Assembly: GCA_938028635.1 (NCBI GenBank)
Contig: CALIZK010000032.1
Span: 1-58,492, forward strand
Length of the DNA stretch: 58,492 nucleotides
Source of the DNA: an uncultured Atopobium sp.
GTDB taxonomy: Bacteria; Actinomycetota; Coriobacteriia; Coriobacteriales; Atopobiaceae
Direction: 5' to 3'
Below are positions 41,221-51,788 of the stretch, piece after piece. Both the position numbers and the translations under genes were made by a program. Under the pieces are notes generated by a model that was not told the origin of the DNA, made no database searches, and saw nothing but the letters and a program-made list of their open reading frames with translations. The stretch's first letter is position 1. Each line of letters starts with the position of its first letter.

Positions 41221-44200
41221 CTACTCCTTATCGGTGGTCGCGTCGCCTACAAGTGCGGATGCACCCTCAGCGTCTTGGGACAGGTCGGAAGCGGTTACCT
41301 CAGTGAAGCCAAGGTCGTTGAGGATCTCAACAGCGTTCTTCTCCTCAGGATCTGTGACCTTTGCGGTATTTGCACGCTTACGGTAGGAGATTGGCTCAAT
41401 GTCAAGTGCCAAGGAGCGAATCTCTTTGACCAGAACCTTGAAGGACTCAGGAATTCCTGCAGTAGGAATGTTCTCGCCCTTAACAATGGACTCATAGGTC
41501 TTAACACGGCCGTTGGTATCGTCAGACTTAACGGTGAGGATCTCCTGGAGGACGTTAGCAGCACCGTATGCATACAGTGCCCAAACCTCCATCTCACCAA
41601 AGCGCTGACCGCCGAACTGTGCCTTACCACCCAGAGGCTGCTGGGTAACAAGAGAGTAAGGACCAGTTGAACGTGCGTGGATCTTATCGTCAACCATGTG
41701 GCCGAGCTTCAAGATGTAAGAAACACCAACGGTAATTGGGCTCTTGAATGCCTCGCCGGTACGACCATCGTAGAGGGTAGTCTTACCACGCTCGTTGAGC
41801 TGTGGAACAAACTCCTCACGCATGTCCTCGCCGTACTCCTTGAGAGCCTTGTTGATCATGTTGATGTTGGTGCGGCGAACAATCTCTGCAACGGACTCAT
41901 CAGTAGCACCGTCAAAGAGTGGTGTTGCAACAGGGATTGGGCCCTCAACGTAACGCTTGGAATCTGCGTCATCGTCATCCCAACCGTGTGCAGCGCCCCA
42001 ACCAAGGTGGCACTCAAGCAGCTGACCAACGTTCATACGGGAAGGAACGCCCAGTGGGTCGAGAATAACGTCTACTGGGGTACCGTCTGCCATGTAAGGC
42101 ATATCCTCAACAGGGAGAACCTTACAAATAACACCCTTGTTACCGTGACGGCCAGCGATCTTATCGCCCTGCTGGATCTTTCTGCGCTGAGCAACAAAGA
42201 CGCGGACCAGGTCGTTTACTCCTGGAGGCAGGTCGTCTCCAGCCTCACGGCTGAAGCGGACAACGTCAACAACGCGACCATAGGAGCCGTGTGGCATCTT
42301 GAGGGACGTATCACGAACATCGTGTGCCTTAGCACCGAAGATTGCACGAAGCAGGCGCTCTTCTGCGGTCAGAGCAGTCTCACCCTTAGGAGTGACCTTA
42401 CCAACCAGAATATCGCCAGGGCCAACCTCAGCGCCGATGCGGATGATACCGTCATCGTCGAGGTTTGCGAGCATGTCCTCACCAAGGTTTGGAATCTCGC
42501 GGGTAATCTCCTCAGCACCAAGCTTGGTATCACGAGCATCAATCTCGTGGCGGGAAATGTTAACGGAGGTCAGAAGGTCTTCCTGAACAACACGCTCGGA
42601 GACGATAATACCGTCCTCGTAGTTGTAGCCTTCCCATGGCATGTAAGCAACGGTAAGGTTTGCACCAAGTGCCAGCTCAGAGTGGTCAACAGATGGACCG
42701 TCTGCGATTGGCTGGCCTTTCTCGACCTGCTGTCCAACAGTGACGATTGGACGATGGTTGATGCAAGTGGACTGGTTGGAGCGCTCGTACTTAGGAAGAT
42801 CGTAGCGCTGAGAACCGTGCTCATCGGAGTAGATGACAACGTGAGCTGCATCAACCTCGGTGACCTCGCCGGCAAACTCTGCGCAAATAAGCTCACCAGA
42901 GTCCTGAGCTGCGCGGCCCTCCATACCAGTTCCAACAAATGGAGCGTGGGACTGAATCAGAGGCACTGCCTGACGCTGCATGTTTGCACCCATGAGGGTA
43001 CGCTTTGCATCGTCGTGCTCAAGGAATGGAATGAGGTTAGCTGCGACGGAGAGAAGCTGACGTGGAGAAACGTCCATGTAGTCAACGTCCTCAACAGGAA
43101 CCTGTGCAGGTGCACCGAAGGAACCGTCGAAGTCGCGGGTACGTGCAATAACGCGGTCTGCATCAACAATCTTGCCGTCTGCGTCAACCTCAACAAACTT
43201 CTTAGACTTAGGGTCAATTGGGGTGTTAGCAGGAGCAATAATGTGATTCTCCTCCTCGTCTGCAGTCATCCAGACAATGTCGTCAGAGACAACACCGTCT
43301 GTAACCTTACGATAAGGAGCCTCGATAAAGCCGTACTCATTTACGTGAGCGTACAGTGCCAAGGAGCCGATAAGACCAATGTTTGGTCCCTCAGGAGTCT
43401 CGATTGGGCACATACGGGAGTAGTGCGAGTTGTGAACGTCGCGGACAGCAGTAGGAACGTTGGTACGACGGCTGGAGCCGGACTTGTGTCCTGCAAGACC
43501 GCCAGGTCCCAGAGCAGAAAGACGACGCTTGTGAGTCAAACCAGCAAGTGGGTTTGCCTGGTCCATGAACTGCGAAAGCTGAGAAGAACCGAAGAACTCC
43601 TTGATTGCAGCAACAATTGGACGGATGTTGATCAAAGACTGTGGAGTGATGTCGTCTGCGTCCTGAGATGCCATGCGCTCACGAACAACGCGCTCCATGC
43701 GGCTCATACCAATGCGGAACTGGTTCTGGACCAGCTCGCCTACGGTACGAACGCGGCGGTTGCCAAAGTGGTCAATGTCATCAAGGTGCTTAGACTCATC
43801 ACCTGCATGCACTGCAAGAAGGTACTGAAGAGCTGCAACGATGTCCTCTTTGGTAAGAACACGAACGTCTGCAGGAATCTCTTCCTCAAGCTTCTTGTTG
43901 ATCTTGTAACGACCAACGCGTGCAAGGTCATAGCGCTGCTCGTTGAAGAAGAGGCCGTCAAGCAAAGAACGGGCAGAGTCAACAGTTGGTGGCTCGCCTG
44001 GACGCTGACGACGATAAATCTCGATAAGAGCATCCTCACGTGTGGTTGCAACATCACGCTCAAGTGTGTTGCGAACAACATCGGAGTCACCAAGAAGCGA
44101 GAGGATCTCGTCATCGGTAACAGCAATGCCAAGTGCACGGAGGAAGACAGTAGCGCTCTGGCGACGCTTACGGTCAATGGAGACGACCAGGTGGCCGCGC

Positions 44201-44736
44201 TTATCAACCTCAAACTCAAGCCATGCGCCACGTGCAGGAATGAACTGAGACTTGTGGACCAGAACACCGTTGTCCATCTCTGACGAGAAGTACACGCCAG
44301 GTGAACGGACGAGCTGGGAAACCACAACACGCTCAGAACCGTTGATGATGAAGGTACCGCGCTCAGTCATCAGTGGGAAATCACCCATGAAGACAAGCTG
44401 CTCCTTCATCTCACCAGTCTCTTTGTTGACAAAACGGACGTCAACAAAAAGAGGTGCTTGATATGAAATGTCTTTTGCACGACACTCAGCCATTGAATTG
44501 GCAGGGTCGCCGAACTGATGGTCACCAAAGGTGACCTGCATGGTTCCAGCGCTGTTCTCAATTGGCGAGAACTCAGCGAAGGACTCTGCAAGGCCCTCTC
44601 CCATAAAGCGCTCAAATGATTCCTTCTGTACAGAAATCAGATTTGGCAGCTCCATAGCTGCGGGAATCTTACTGAACGTCCTGCGTCCAGTATGCGCCTG
44701 AGGCGTGGTGAGGGAAGTCTTTTTAGCGGTAGACAC
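41221..44736 (-). CDS. rpoB: RNA polymerase beta subunit
   Basis: [34 protein letters not shown] start 8 nt after AGGAGG. Confidence 0.99.
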   Translation of the reverse strand: MSTAKKTSLTTPQAHTGRRTFSKIPAAMELPNLISVQKESFERFMGEGLAESFAEFSPIENSAGTMQVTFGDHQFGDPANSMAECRAKDISYQAPLFVDVRFVNKETGEMKEQLVFMGDFPLMTERGTFIINGSERVVVSQLVRSPGVYFSSEMDNGVLVHKSQFIPARGAWLEFEVDKRGHLVVSIDRKRRQSATVFLRALGIAVTDDEILSLLGDSDVVRNTLERDVATTREDALIEIYRRQRPGEPPTVDSARSLLDGLFFNEQRYDLARVGRYKINKKLEEEIPADVRVLTKEDIVAALQYLLAVHAGDESKHLDDIDHFGNRRVRTVGELVQNQFRIGMSRMERVVRERMASQDADDITPQSLINIRPIVAAIKEFFGSSQLSQFMDQANPLAGLTHKRRLSALGPGGLAGHKSGSSRRTNVPTAVRDVHNSHYSRMCPIETPEGPNIGLIGSLALYAHVNEYGFIEAPYRKVTDGVVSDDIVWMTADEEENHIIAPANTPIDPKSKKFVEVDADGKIVDADRVIARTRDFDGSFGAPAQVPVEDVDYMDVSPRQLLSVAANLIPFLEHDDAKRTLMGANMQRQAVPLIQSHAPFVGTGMEGRAAQDSGELICAEFAGEVTEVDAAHVVIYSDEHGSQRYDLPKYERSNQSTCINHRPIVTVGQQVEKGQPIADGPSVDHSELALGANLTVAYMPWEGYNYEDGIIVSERVVQEDLLTSVNISRHEIDARDTKLGAEEITREIPNLGEDMLANLDDDGIIRIGAEVGPGDILVGKVTPKGETALTAEERLLRAIFGAKAHDVRDTSLKMPHGSYGRVVDVVRFSREAGDDLPPGVNDLVRVFVAQRRKIQQGDKIAGRHGNKGVICKVLPVEDMPYMADGTPVDVILDPLGVPSRMNVGQLLECHLGWGAAHGWDDDDADSKRYVEGPIPVATPLFDGATDESVAEIVRRTNINMINKALKEYGEDMREEFVPQLNERGKTTLYDGRTGEAFKSPITVGVSYILKLGHMVDDKIHARSTGPYSLVTQQPLGGKAQFGGQRFGEMEVWALYAYGAANVLQEILTVKSDDTNGRVKTYESIVKGENIPTAGIPESFKVLVKEIRSLALDIEPISYRKRANTAKVTDPEEKNAVEILNDLGFTEVTASDLSQDAEGASALVGDATTDKE

Positions 44737-44787
44737 CAGGTTGTCCTCCTTCAAAAGGGTGGAAGGTGGCAATTGTCGCAACCTAGT

Positions 44788-44816
44788 AATTTAGTCAAGA
44801 TTTTAATGCGCGTCAA
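44788..44816 (-). promoter_or_regulatory. sigma70-type promoter of rpoBC
   Basis: TTGACG-17 bp-TAAATT. Confidence 0.7.
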
Positions 44817-45082
44817 CAGAAAAACACTTGATTTTTTAAGACGTTTTGACTATATTATCGCGTTTATGTTTTTCAACTGCACAAACGTTATGTTGCAGGT
44901 AAATCATTGACTAACTCGTCTTTTCTAGTTGTGAAGATTTTGTGAAGAAGGTCCACGGAGACAGAAATAGCTTTCGGTGAGCGGCGCTCCCCCGCCGCGT
45001 CGCTTCGCATGGCGCTCCACGAGCCCCGAGCGCGCTCCGAGCGCACGGGTTTCTCGCCAGGCGCTCTTGGCTAACAATGTGC

Positions 45083-45200
45083 GCCTGAAAAGTGCAAAGA
45101 ATCTGTATTTGAGCCACCGATTCTTTAACAAAATCAGGCAAATCCACAGATTCTTTTGCATTTTTAGGCAAAAGTTACAGATTCTTTGAGGAAATCAGGC
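45083..45200. repeat. 118-bp intergenic element, subfamily 2
   Basis: Highly similar to 52321-52438; GCCTGA...TCAGGC ends; three ~30-bp direct units. Confidence 0.88.
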
Positions 45201-45258
45201 GCGAGAAAAACTAGGGTAAGTCACGCAGGAAGCTAGAGCAATCACGCAGGATTTATGA

Positions 45259-45378
45259 GCCTGAAATGCACGTCAAGTCTGAGCAAAAGTACTCAGATAA
45301 GGCGAGAAAAACAGGCAAATCGCTCAGACATGGCGAGAAAATCCGGCAAATCACTCAGACTTGATGCACTTTTCAGGC
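45259..45378. repeat. 120-bp intergenic element, subfamily 1
   Basis: Same architecture as 28282-28401 and 52134-52253. Confidence 0.85.
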
Positions 45379-45496
45379 TGCAGCTAAAGCGCCCCAGCTT
45401 GATGCACTTTTCAGGCTGCAGCGAACGCAGCTCAGACTTGATGCACTTTTCAGGCTGCAGCTAAAGCGCCCCAGCTTGATGCGCTTTTCCGGCTGC
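45360..45496. repeat. Tandem array of a 25-bp unit x4 (38/39-bp period)
   Basis: CTTGATGCACTTTTCAGGCTGCAGC at 45360, 45398, 45437 and a degenerate copy at 45475. Confidence 0.9.
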
Positions 45497-45553
45497 TGCA
45501 AAAACACCTTGGCTCCATGCGCTGCGAGCGCACGGGTTGCTCGCCAGGCAAAT

Positions 45554-45584
45554 AAAAAAGAGGTCAGACCGAAGTCTGACCTCT
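45554..45584 (-). terminator. Terminator after rplL
   Basis: AGAGGTCAGAC-loop-GTCTGACCTCT plus T-run on the minus strand. Confidence 0.85.
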
Positions 45585-45607
45585 CCAGTAAGCAATGTAG
45601 GATGGAC

Positions 45608-45988
45608 TTACTTAAGGGTGACGGTAGCGCCAGCCTCCTCGAGCTGAGCCTTAGCAGCCTCAGCGTCCTCCTTCTTAGCGCCCTCGAGGACTGCCTTAGG
45701 AGCACCCTCGACGACCTCCTTTGCCTCCTTGAGACCAAGGTTGGTAAGAGCACGGACAACCTTGATGACGCCGATCTTGTTGTCGCCGAAGCCCTCGAGG
45801 ACAACGTCAAAGTTGGTCTTCTCCTCTGCCTCCTCAGCAGCGCCACCAGCTGCAGGAGCAGCAGCGACAGCTACAGGAGCAGCAGCGGAAACGCCAAAGA
45901 CGTCCTCAAGCTCGTGAACGAGCTCAGAAAGCTCGAGTGCTGGCATCTCTTTAAGGGCCTCAATGATCTCATCTTTAGTGACAGCCAT
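45608..45988 (-). CDS. rplL: 50S ribosomal protein L7/L12
   Basis: [26 protein letters not shown]. Confidence 0.98.
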   Translation of the reverse strand: MAVTKDEIIEALKEMPALELSELVHELEDVFGVSAAAPVAVAAAPAAGGAAEEAEEKTNFDVVLEGFGDNKIGVIKVVRALTNLGLKEAKEVVEGAPKAVLEGAKKEDAEAAKAQLEEAGATVTLK

Positions 45989-46120
45989 GTCAATTCTCCT
46001 TTTTAAACGATGCAGCCTTTGTACTGCATCTGGGCAAAAGCCCGGCTTGTATGTGTGCGTTTAAGTGCGTCTACACTCTCACGCGGTTTGCGCCAATGCG
46101 CGGGTACAACAAAACGTTGC

Positions 46121-46642
46121 TTATGCAGCGTTCTTCTGATCTGCGACTGCAGAAAGAGCGGTTGCGAGTCCACGAGCTGGACCAGCGCAAACCTGTGCAA
46201 TACCGGTAAGTGGGCTTGCAACAACGAAGACAAGCTTTGCAATGAGCTCCTCGCGAGAAGGAAGATCTGCGTAAGCCTTTGCCTCGTCAGCAGTAAGTGC
46301 CTGACCATCAGCGATACCACCAATGAACTCAACTTTCTTGAGCTTCTTGGCCTGATCCTTGATGACCTTAGCGGCCTCGACAGGATCATTCTCATAGAAA
46401 ACGTATGCGCAGGTACCGGCGAGCATCTCGTCAATCTCTGGCATACCAGCGTTCTTAAGAGCAATCTTGACGATGTTGTTCTTATAGACCTTCATGTGAG
46501 CGCCTGCTGCGGTAAGTGCGCGGCGAAGCTCCTGAGTCTCCTTTACGGAGAGACCACGATAGTCGATAACAAACAGGCCCTTGGAGTTGTCGAGAGAAGC
46601 GGAAACCTTCTCGAGCAAATCACGTTTAGACTGAGCTGGCAT
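46121..46642 (-). CDS. rplJ: 50S ribosomal protein L10
   Basis: DYRGLSV, VYKN, LPSREEL; AAGGAGG RBS. Confidence 0.97.
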   Translation of the reverse strand: MPAQSKRDLLEKVSASLDNSKGLFVIDYRGLSVKETQELRRALTAAGAHMKVYKNNIVKIALKNAGMPEIDEMLAGTCAYVFYENDPVEAAKVIKDQAKKLKKVEFIGGIADGQALTADEAKAYADLPSREELIAKLVFVVASPLTGIAQVCAGPARGLATALSAVADQKNAA

Positions 46643-46702
46643 GTAGTACACCTCCTTTATCATGTCTCAGGCACGAGCGCCAACAGGTGCGGCCCTCACA
46701 TG

Positions 46703-46815
46703 AAAAGACCCCACTTTGGCAACCAAAGCGGGGTCTGGATGTACTAATCTCAAGACCACCTCGGCAGGCGGGAATTCCCATTAAGCCTTGGATTCAAGGC
46801 GCCGGCTGTCTTTGG
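46703..46815 (-). ncRNA. L10 ribosomal leader with downstream terminator-like hairpin
   Basis: Minus strand AAGACAGCCGG...TTAA...CCTGCCGAGG, then AGACCCC..GGGGTCTTTT upstream of rplJ. Confidence 0.75.
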
Positions 46816-46856
46816 CAGCGAACGTGCAACTACAAGACGTCTGTCTTGTGTTGGAT

Positions 46857-46885
46857 ATTGTGCAGCAAAAATCAACGCGAGTCAA
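46857..46885 (-). promoter_or_regulatory. Putative rplJ promoter
   Basis: TTGACT-17 bp-CACAAT just upstream of the L10 leader. Confidence 0.5.
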
Positions 46886-46971
46886 GGTTGAGTGCACAAT
46901 TTCTTTCTCTTCACAAAAATTTGACGAGAAGGGCGGCTAAGCTGCGGCCCCAACTCAGCCACACACATCAG

Positions 46972-47043
46972 CCGCACGCGTGTCGCAAGCAGAGTCCACG
47001 CCTCAAACCGCACGCCCACTGCAAGCAGAGTCCACGCCTACAC
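46972..47043. repeat. 36-bp tandem duplication
   Basis: CCGCACGC....GCAAGCAGAGTCCACGCCT.. x2. Confidence 0.8.
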
Positions 47044-47060
47044 TGCACTCCCGCTTCAAG

Positions 47061-47093
47061 AAAAATCCGGTACCTGCAAGCAGATACCGGATT
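47061..47093 (-). terminator. Terminator after rplA
   Basis: AATCCGGTA..TACCGGATT stem plus T-tail on the minus strand. Confidence 0.75.
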
Positions 47094-47123
47094 AAGCGTG
47101 CTAGGTACTTCTAAGCGTAAAGC

Positions 47124-47831
47124 TTAGTCCTCCATAAGGTTACGAACCTTGGTTGGATCAACCTTGATGCCAGGGCCCATAGTAGAGGAAATAGCAACGG
47201 TCTTGACGTACTTACCCTTAGCACTGGATGGCTTGACGCGGATAATCTCAGAGAGAAGTGCGCCATAGTTCTCAACAAGCTGCTGGACCTCAAAAGAAGC
47301 CTTGCCGATTGCAACGTGGCAGATACCAAAACGGTCTGCACGATACTCAACACGACCAGCCTTGAGCTCGTTAACCATCTTTGCAACATCCATGGTAACG
47401 GTGCCGAGCTTAGGGTTAGGCATAAGGCCACGAGGACCAAGAACACGACCAAGACGGCCAACCTTACCCATCATCTGAGGGGTTGCGATTGCTGCGTCAA
47501 AGTCAAGCATGCCCTTCTCGACCTCTGCGATGAGCTCGTCGCCACCGACGATGTCAGCGCCAGCTGCCTCAGCCTCGCGGGCCTTCTCGCCCTCTGCGAA
47601 GACTGCAACGCGAACGGTCTTACCAGTGCCGTGAGGCAGAGAAATGGAACCGCGGACGTTCTGGTCAGCCTTACGAGTATCGACACCAAGGCGAATTGCT
47701 ACCTCAATGGTCTCGTCAAACTTAGCAGTTGCAAGCTCCTTAGACAGGGTTACTGCCTCTTTTGGGCTGTAGAGGTTTGCACCGTCTACCTTGGCAACTG
47801 CATTCTTGTAGTTCTTTCCGTGCTTAGGCAT
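47124..47831 (-). CDS. rplA: 50S ribosomal protein L1
   Basis: [31 protein letters not shown]. Confidence 0.98.
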   Translation of the reverse strand: MPKHGKNYKNAVAKVDGANLYSPKEAVTLSKELATAKFDETIEVAIRLGVDTRKADQNVRGSISLPHGTGKTVRVAVFAEGEKAREAEAAGADIVGGDELIAEVEKGMLDFDAAIATPQMMGKVGRLGRVLGPRGLMPNPKLGTVTMDVAKMVNELKAGRVEYRADRFGICHVAIGKASFEVQQLVENYGALLSEIIRVKPSSAKGKYVKTVAISSTMGPGIKVDPTKVRNLMED

Positions 47832-47843
47832 TATGTACCTCCT

Positions 47844-47870
47844 GTGGTTAGCGGGCGTCTGCCCTCCCAC
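47844..47870 (-). promoter_or_regulatory. L1-binding autoregulatory RNA site before rplA
   Basis: Minus strand GTGGGAG..GCCCGCTAACCAC kinked hairpin directly before the RBS. Confidence 0.65.
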
Positions 47871-47989
47871 TCCTGCATCTTCCGTCCGCAGCTGCTCCCT
47901 CTTGGCGAGAAACCCAACTACGTGCACTAACGTCGGATGCTCTGACAAAAACAACCGTCAGCCACACACATGGCTGACGGGAGTAAACA

Positions 47990-48418
47990 CTACTCGGCGA
48001 TGGTTACACCCATGGAACGAGCGGTACCAGCGACGATCTTCTTTGCAGCCTCAATGTCGTTTGCGTTGAGGTCAGGCATCTTGATCTCAGCAATCTTGGT
48101 GAGCTGCTCCTGGGAGAGCTGGCCAACCTTATCGCGCTGAGGAACACCGGAACCACCCTTGAGGTGAAGCTCCTTCTTGATGAGCTGAGCTGCTGGAGGA
48201 GTCTTGGTTACGAAGTCAAAGGAACGATCCTCGTAAACAGAAATCTCGACTGGAATGATGTCGCCAGCCTTGTCCTGAGTTGCAGCGTTGAATGCCTGGC
48301 AGAACTGCATAATGTTGACCTGTGCAGCACCCAGAGCTGGTCCTACTGGAGGAGCTGGGTTTGCCTGGCCTGCAGGAATCTGCAGCTTAATAAAGTTAAC
48401 AACCTTCTTTGCGGGCAT
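47990..48418 (-). CDS. rplK: 50S ribosomal protein L11
   Basis: [19 protein letters not shown]. Confidence 0.98.
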   Translation of the reverse strand: MPAKKVVNFIKLQIPAGQANPAPPVGPALGAAQVNIMQFCQAFNAATQDKAGDIIPVEISVYEDRSFDFVTKTPPAAQLIKKELHLKGGSGVPQRDKVGQLSQEQLTKIAEIKMPDLNANDIEAAKKIVAGTARSMGVTIAE

Positions 48419-48514
48419 GTTAAGCCTCCTGTTTGAATACGTTTGAGTCTATTCTCGCGCACTCCCGAGAAGCAATCCACAAGGGACGAGAAGTGCGGGA
48501 TAAGCCGTTAGTTA

Positions 48515-49060
48515 CTAGTCTATCAGGGAAATCTGATCCATGGTGAGCTCAACCGGAGTCTCGCGACCAAAGATGGTGAGCATAACCTTGATCTTGCCGG
48601 ACTCTGCGTTGACCTCAGAAACAGTTCCGTCGAAGTCAGCGAGAGGACCAGAAAGAACGTGAATTGCCTGACCGACCTCAATATTGGTTGCTGTACGCTT
48701 AGGTACAGGGCTACCCGTCTTCATACCGCCGCGACGCATGATCTTATCGAACTCATCACGACGCAGAGGAACTGGCTTGCCGTCAATGCCAACAAAACCA
48801 GTTACGCCTGGGGTGTTGCGAACAACAGCCCAAGTATTGTCATCCAGCTCCATGCGAACAAGAACGTAACCTGGGAAAACCTTGGACTCTTTGGTCTCGC
48901 GCTTACCGCCGTCCTTGACCTCAGTAACTTCCTCAGTAGGAATCTGAATATCAACAACAGCACGCTCAAGGCCATAGGTCTCAATACGGTGCTCAAGGTC
49001 TGTCTTTACCTTGTTCTCATAACCTGAATAGGTGTGAACTACATACCAGCGCTTAGCCAT
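48515..49060 (-). CDS. nusG: Transcription factor NusG
   Basis: WYVVHTYSGYE, FPGYVLV, IFGRETPVEL. Confidence 0.98.
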   Translation of the reverse strand: MAKRWYVVHTYSGYENKVKTDLEHRIETYGLERAVVDIQIPTEEVTEVKDGGKRETKESKVFPGYVLVRMELDDNTWAVVRNTPGVTGFVGIDGKPVPLRRDEFDKIMRRGGMKTGSPVPKRTATNIEVGQAIHVLSGPLADFDGTVSEVNAESGKIKVMLTIFGRETPVELTMDQISLID

Positions 49061-49063
49061 TGA

Positions 49064-49426
49064 TTATCCCCTCAGTCCAGTAAAGGCGACGAGACCAGCA
49101 ACAATGCCAGTATCAACCAGCCAAGTTACCAAGCCAAAGAAAATGATTGTTGCAATTACGGCTACAGAGAAACCAGCAAGCTCAGAGCTTGAAGGCCACA
49201 CAACGCGGTGCATTTCTGTACGAACGCCTGCAAAATAAGCACCCAGGCGACCAAAGAAGCCAGGGTTAGCGTTACGCTGAAGGGACTTCTCCTGCTTCTT
49301 TGCCTCAGCCTTAGTGGCCTTAGCAGAAGCTTCAGGAGTAGCTTCAGCCTGAAGGGCCTCACGCTGGGCGCGCTCTTCTGCGCGAGCCTTACGTGCGCTC
49401 CTCTTATTGCGCTCCTTATTTGCCAT
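49064..49426 (-). CDS. secE: Preprotein translocase SecE
   Basis: EMHRVVWPS plus one TM helix; synteny. Confidence 0.93.
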   Translation of the reverse strand: MANKERNKRSARKARAEERAQREALQAEATPEASAKATKAEAKKQEKSLQRNANPGFFGRLGAYFAGVRTEMHRVVWPSSSELAGFSVAVIATIIFFGLVTWLVDTGIVAGLVAFTGLRG

Positions 49427-49497
49427 CCTACGCTCCCTTGGATGTTATACCTACATACAAACCGGCCAACCCTTATGGGAAGGCCGGTGAAGTTATC

Positions 49498-49573
49498 TGG
49501 CAGGCCAGGAAGGACTCGAACCCTCAACAAACGGTTTTGGAGACCGCCGCTCTACCATTGGAGCTACTGGCCT
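49498..49573 (-). tRNA. tRNA-Trp (CCA)
   Basis: 76-nt cloverleaf, anticodon CCA, encoded CCA end. Confidence 0.96.
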
Positions 49574-49591
49574 AGAACGAACCCACCTAGC

Positions 49592-49741
49592 CTAGCGGGT
49601 CTCGCGATGTACCGTGTGCTTGTGGCACCATGGGCAGTACTTCTTCAACTCCATACGATCTGGGTTGTTGGACTTGTTCTTGTCCGTAGTGTAATTACGA
49701 CGCTTGCACTCAGTGCAGGCGAGAGTAACGAGTGTACGCAT
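49592..49741 (-). CDS. rpmG: 50S ribosomal protein L33 (zinc type)
   Basis: Hand translation [17 protein letters not shown]...[18 protein letters not shown] (not in the ORF track). Confidence 0.97.
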   Translation of the reverse strand: MRTLVTLACTECKRRNYTTDKNKSNNPDRMELKKYCPWCHKHTVHRETR

Positions 49742-49796
49742 TGATCCTCCTGAACACGGTCACGAGATGTATTCTCGAAATGTGACGCGGTTGCTT

Positions 49797-49826
49797 AGGT
49801 TAGCACCCACTACCCAGAGATGTCAA
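49797..49826 (-). promoter_or_regulatory. Putative rpmG promoter
   Basis: TTGACA-18 bp-TAACCT with extended TG. Confidence 0.6.
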
Positions 49827-49871
49827 TACTTTTCTCTAATTACTCTAGGCGTTCACATATTTTTTCTCGAC

Positions 49872-49902
49872 AAAAAACCCGGCGCGCAAAAAGCACGCCG
49901 GG
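49872..49902 (-). terminator. Terminator after tuf
   Basis: CCCGGCG..CGCCGGG stem plus T6 on the minus strand. Confidence 0.8.
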
Positions 49903-49925
49903 CAAGTTAGCAACTTTAAAAGAAG

Positions 49926-51131
49926 TTACTCGATGACGGTGGAAACACGGCCATCGCCGACGGTGTGGCCACCCTCGCGGATAGCGAACTTCAGACCCTG
50001 CTCAAGAGCGATTGGGTGAATGAGCTCGCAGCCAACGGTGATGTGGTCACCAGGCATAGCCATCTCTACCTTGCCACCGTTTGCATCGGTGAGCTCGTAG
50101 ATGTCGCCGGTTACGTCAGTTGTACGGAAGTAGAACTGTGGACGGTAACCAGAGAAGAATGGGGTGTGACGGCCGCCCTCTTCCTTAGTAAGAACGTAAA
50201 CCTCACCGGTGAACTTCTTGTGTGGGGTAACGGTACCAGGCTTGCAGAGAACCTGACCACGCTCGATGTCCTCGCGCTTAACACCACGAAGAAGGATACC
50301 AACGTTGTCGCCAGCCTCGCAGAAGTCCATGGTCTTACGGAACATCTCAATGCCGGTAGCAACAGAGCTCTGAGTTGGCTTAATACCAACAATCTCGACT
50401 GGATCGTTGAGCTTGAGCTCACCACGCTCAACACGGCCGGTAGCAACGGTACCACGACCAGAAATGGTCATGACGTCCTCAATTGCCATCAGGAATGGCT
50501 TCTCGTTGTCACGAGCTGGTGTTGGGATGTAGGAGTCAACGGTGTGCATGAGCTCACGGATGGACTCAACCCACTTCTCCTCGCCGTTAAGAGCGCCGAG
50601 AGCGGAACCACGGATGATTGGAAGGTCATCGCCTGGGAAGTCGTACTCGGAGAGAAGGTCACGGGTCTCCATCTCAACGAGGTCGATGAGCTCGTCATCG
50701 TCGACCATGTCGCACTTGTTCAGGAAGACGACGATGTAAGGAACGCCGACCTGACGTGCAAGAAGGATGTGCTCACGAGTCTGAGCCATAGGACCATCGG
50801 TTGCAGCAATAACGAGGATTGCGCCGTCCATCTGAGCTGCACCAGAAATCATGTTCTTGATGTAGTCTGCGTGGCCAGGGCAGTCGACGTGAGCGTAATG
50901 GCGCTCCCAAGTCTCGTACTCAACGTGAGCAACGGAAATGGTAATACCACGCTGACGCTCCTCTGGAGCCTTATCGATGTTCTCGAAGGCGGTATAGTCT
51001 GCCTTGCAGCCCTCGGTCTCAGAGAGAACCTTGGTGATTGCTGCGGTAAGGGTAGTCTTACCGTGGTCGACGTGACCAATGGTACCGATGTTTACGTGTG
51101 GCTTTGTGCGGTCAAACTTTTCCTTGGCCAT
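49926..51131 (-). CDS. tuf: Elongation factor Tu
   Basis: [24 protein letters not shown]. Confidence 0.99.
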   Translation of the reverse strand: MAKEKFDRTKPHVNIGTIGHVDHGKTTLTAAITKVLSETEGCKADYTAFENIDKAPEERQRGITISVAHVEYETWERHYAHVDCPGHADYIKNMISGAAQMDGAILVIAATDGPMAQTREHILLARQVGVPYIVVFLNKCDMVDDDELIDLVEMETRDLLSEYDFPGDDLPIIRGSALGALNGEEKWVESIRELMHTVDSYIPTPARDNEKPFLMAIEDVMTISGRGTVATGRVERGELKLNDPVEIVGIKPTQSSVATGIEMFRKTMDFCEAGDNVGILLRGVKREDIERGQVLCKPGTVTPHKKFTGEVYVLTKEEGGRHTPFFSGYRPQFYFRTTDVTGDIYELTDANGGKVEMAMPGDHITVGCELIHPIALEQGLKFAIREGGHTVGDGRVSTVIE

Positions 51132-51237
51132 TGCCAATCCTCCTTCTGGAACTAACCCTCGGGCTAGACCGTGGTGAAAAAACGTCTGTTTATACTCAAC
51201 GGCGCAAATGTCTAGGACATGTACGCCGTAAAGAGTC

Positions 51238-51314
51238 TGGTACCGGCGACTGGATTCGAACCAGTGACGTCACGGGTATGAGCCGTGTGCTCTAACCAGC
51301 TGAGCTACGCCGGC
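51238..51314 (-). tRNA. tRNA-Met (CAT), elongator type
   Basis: 77-nt cloverleaf, anticodon CAT, paired G1-C72; Ile2 not formally excluded. Confidence 0.88.
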
Positions 51315-51333
51315 ATAAATGCCGCTTGAAACA

Positions 51334-51409
51334 TGGAGCCCGCGACCGGATTTGAACCGGTGACCTCTTCGTTACCAACGAAGTGCTCTACCTACTGAGC
51401 TACACGGGC
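51334..51409 (-). tRNA. tRNA-Thr (GGT)
   Basis: 76-nt cloverleaf, anticodon GGT. Confidence 0.96.
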
Positions 51410-51410
51410 G

Positions 51411-51494
51411 TGGTGGGGATACTTGGACTCGAACCAAGGAACCCAGAGGGAGCGGATTTACAGTCCGCCGCAGTTGCCGCTGTGCCATATCCCC
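51411..51494 (-). tRNA. tRNA-Tyr (GTA)
   Basis: 84-nt cloverleaf with variable arm, anticodon GTA. Confidence 0.95.
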
Positions 51495-51600
51495 AAATGC
51501 CGTTTTCAAGCACTCTTGAAGTAATTAATACGCTGTACCTTGTGGTTTAACGTACGCAGAATGTCTAGTTGAACTTCTGTATTACCTCGTAAGCGGGAAA

Positions 51601-51629
51601 ATATTACGATTGAATAAAAATCTTGTCAA
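51601..51629 (-). promoter_or_regulatory. Promoter of tRNA-Tyr-Thr-Met-tuf
   Basis: TTGACA-17 bp-TAATAT. Confidence 0.75.
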
Positions 51630-51668
51630 CGTAATCCACCCAACCGGGCGTATCTTATCAAATTTTTT

Positions 51669-51788
51669 CCACAATTCCAAGCGATTTTCTCGCCACGATT
51701 CCATGCGGTTTTCTAACCACAACTCCAAGCGGTTTTCTGGCCACAACTTCAAGTGAGTTTCTTGCCACAACTCCAAACGTGTTTCTGG
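51669..51788. repeat. 24-bp degenerate tandem repeat x5
   Basis: Consensus CCACAACTCCAAGCGGTTTTCTGG at 51669, 51693, 51717, 51741 and 51765. Confidence 0.9.

Noticed and set aside
28850..44283. Very long plus-strand ORFs (909, 931 and 868 aa) opposite fusA, rpoC and rpoB, and similar ones opposite nrdD, tuf and r-protein genes
   Set aside because: In-register antisense shadows caused by avoidance of TTA/CTA/TCA codons in highly expressed genes; no recognisable motifs
44911..45464. Short ORFs in the rplL-rpoB spacer, and the similar ORFs at 52100-52478
   Set aside because: Their similarity comes from the shared DNA repeat elements read in different frames and strands
45360..45496. Possible CRISPR array
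   Set aside because: Linkers are only 13-14 bp and two are identical; no cas genes or leader; the unit belongs to the intergenic repeat family
46956..47980. Shared 14-mer TCAGCCACACACAT upstream of rplJ and after rplK
   Set aside because: Only two copies, and only one lies in a hairpin; cannot be distinguished from chance
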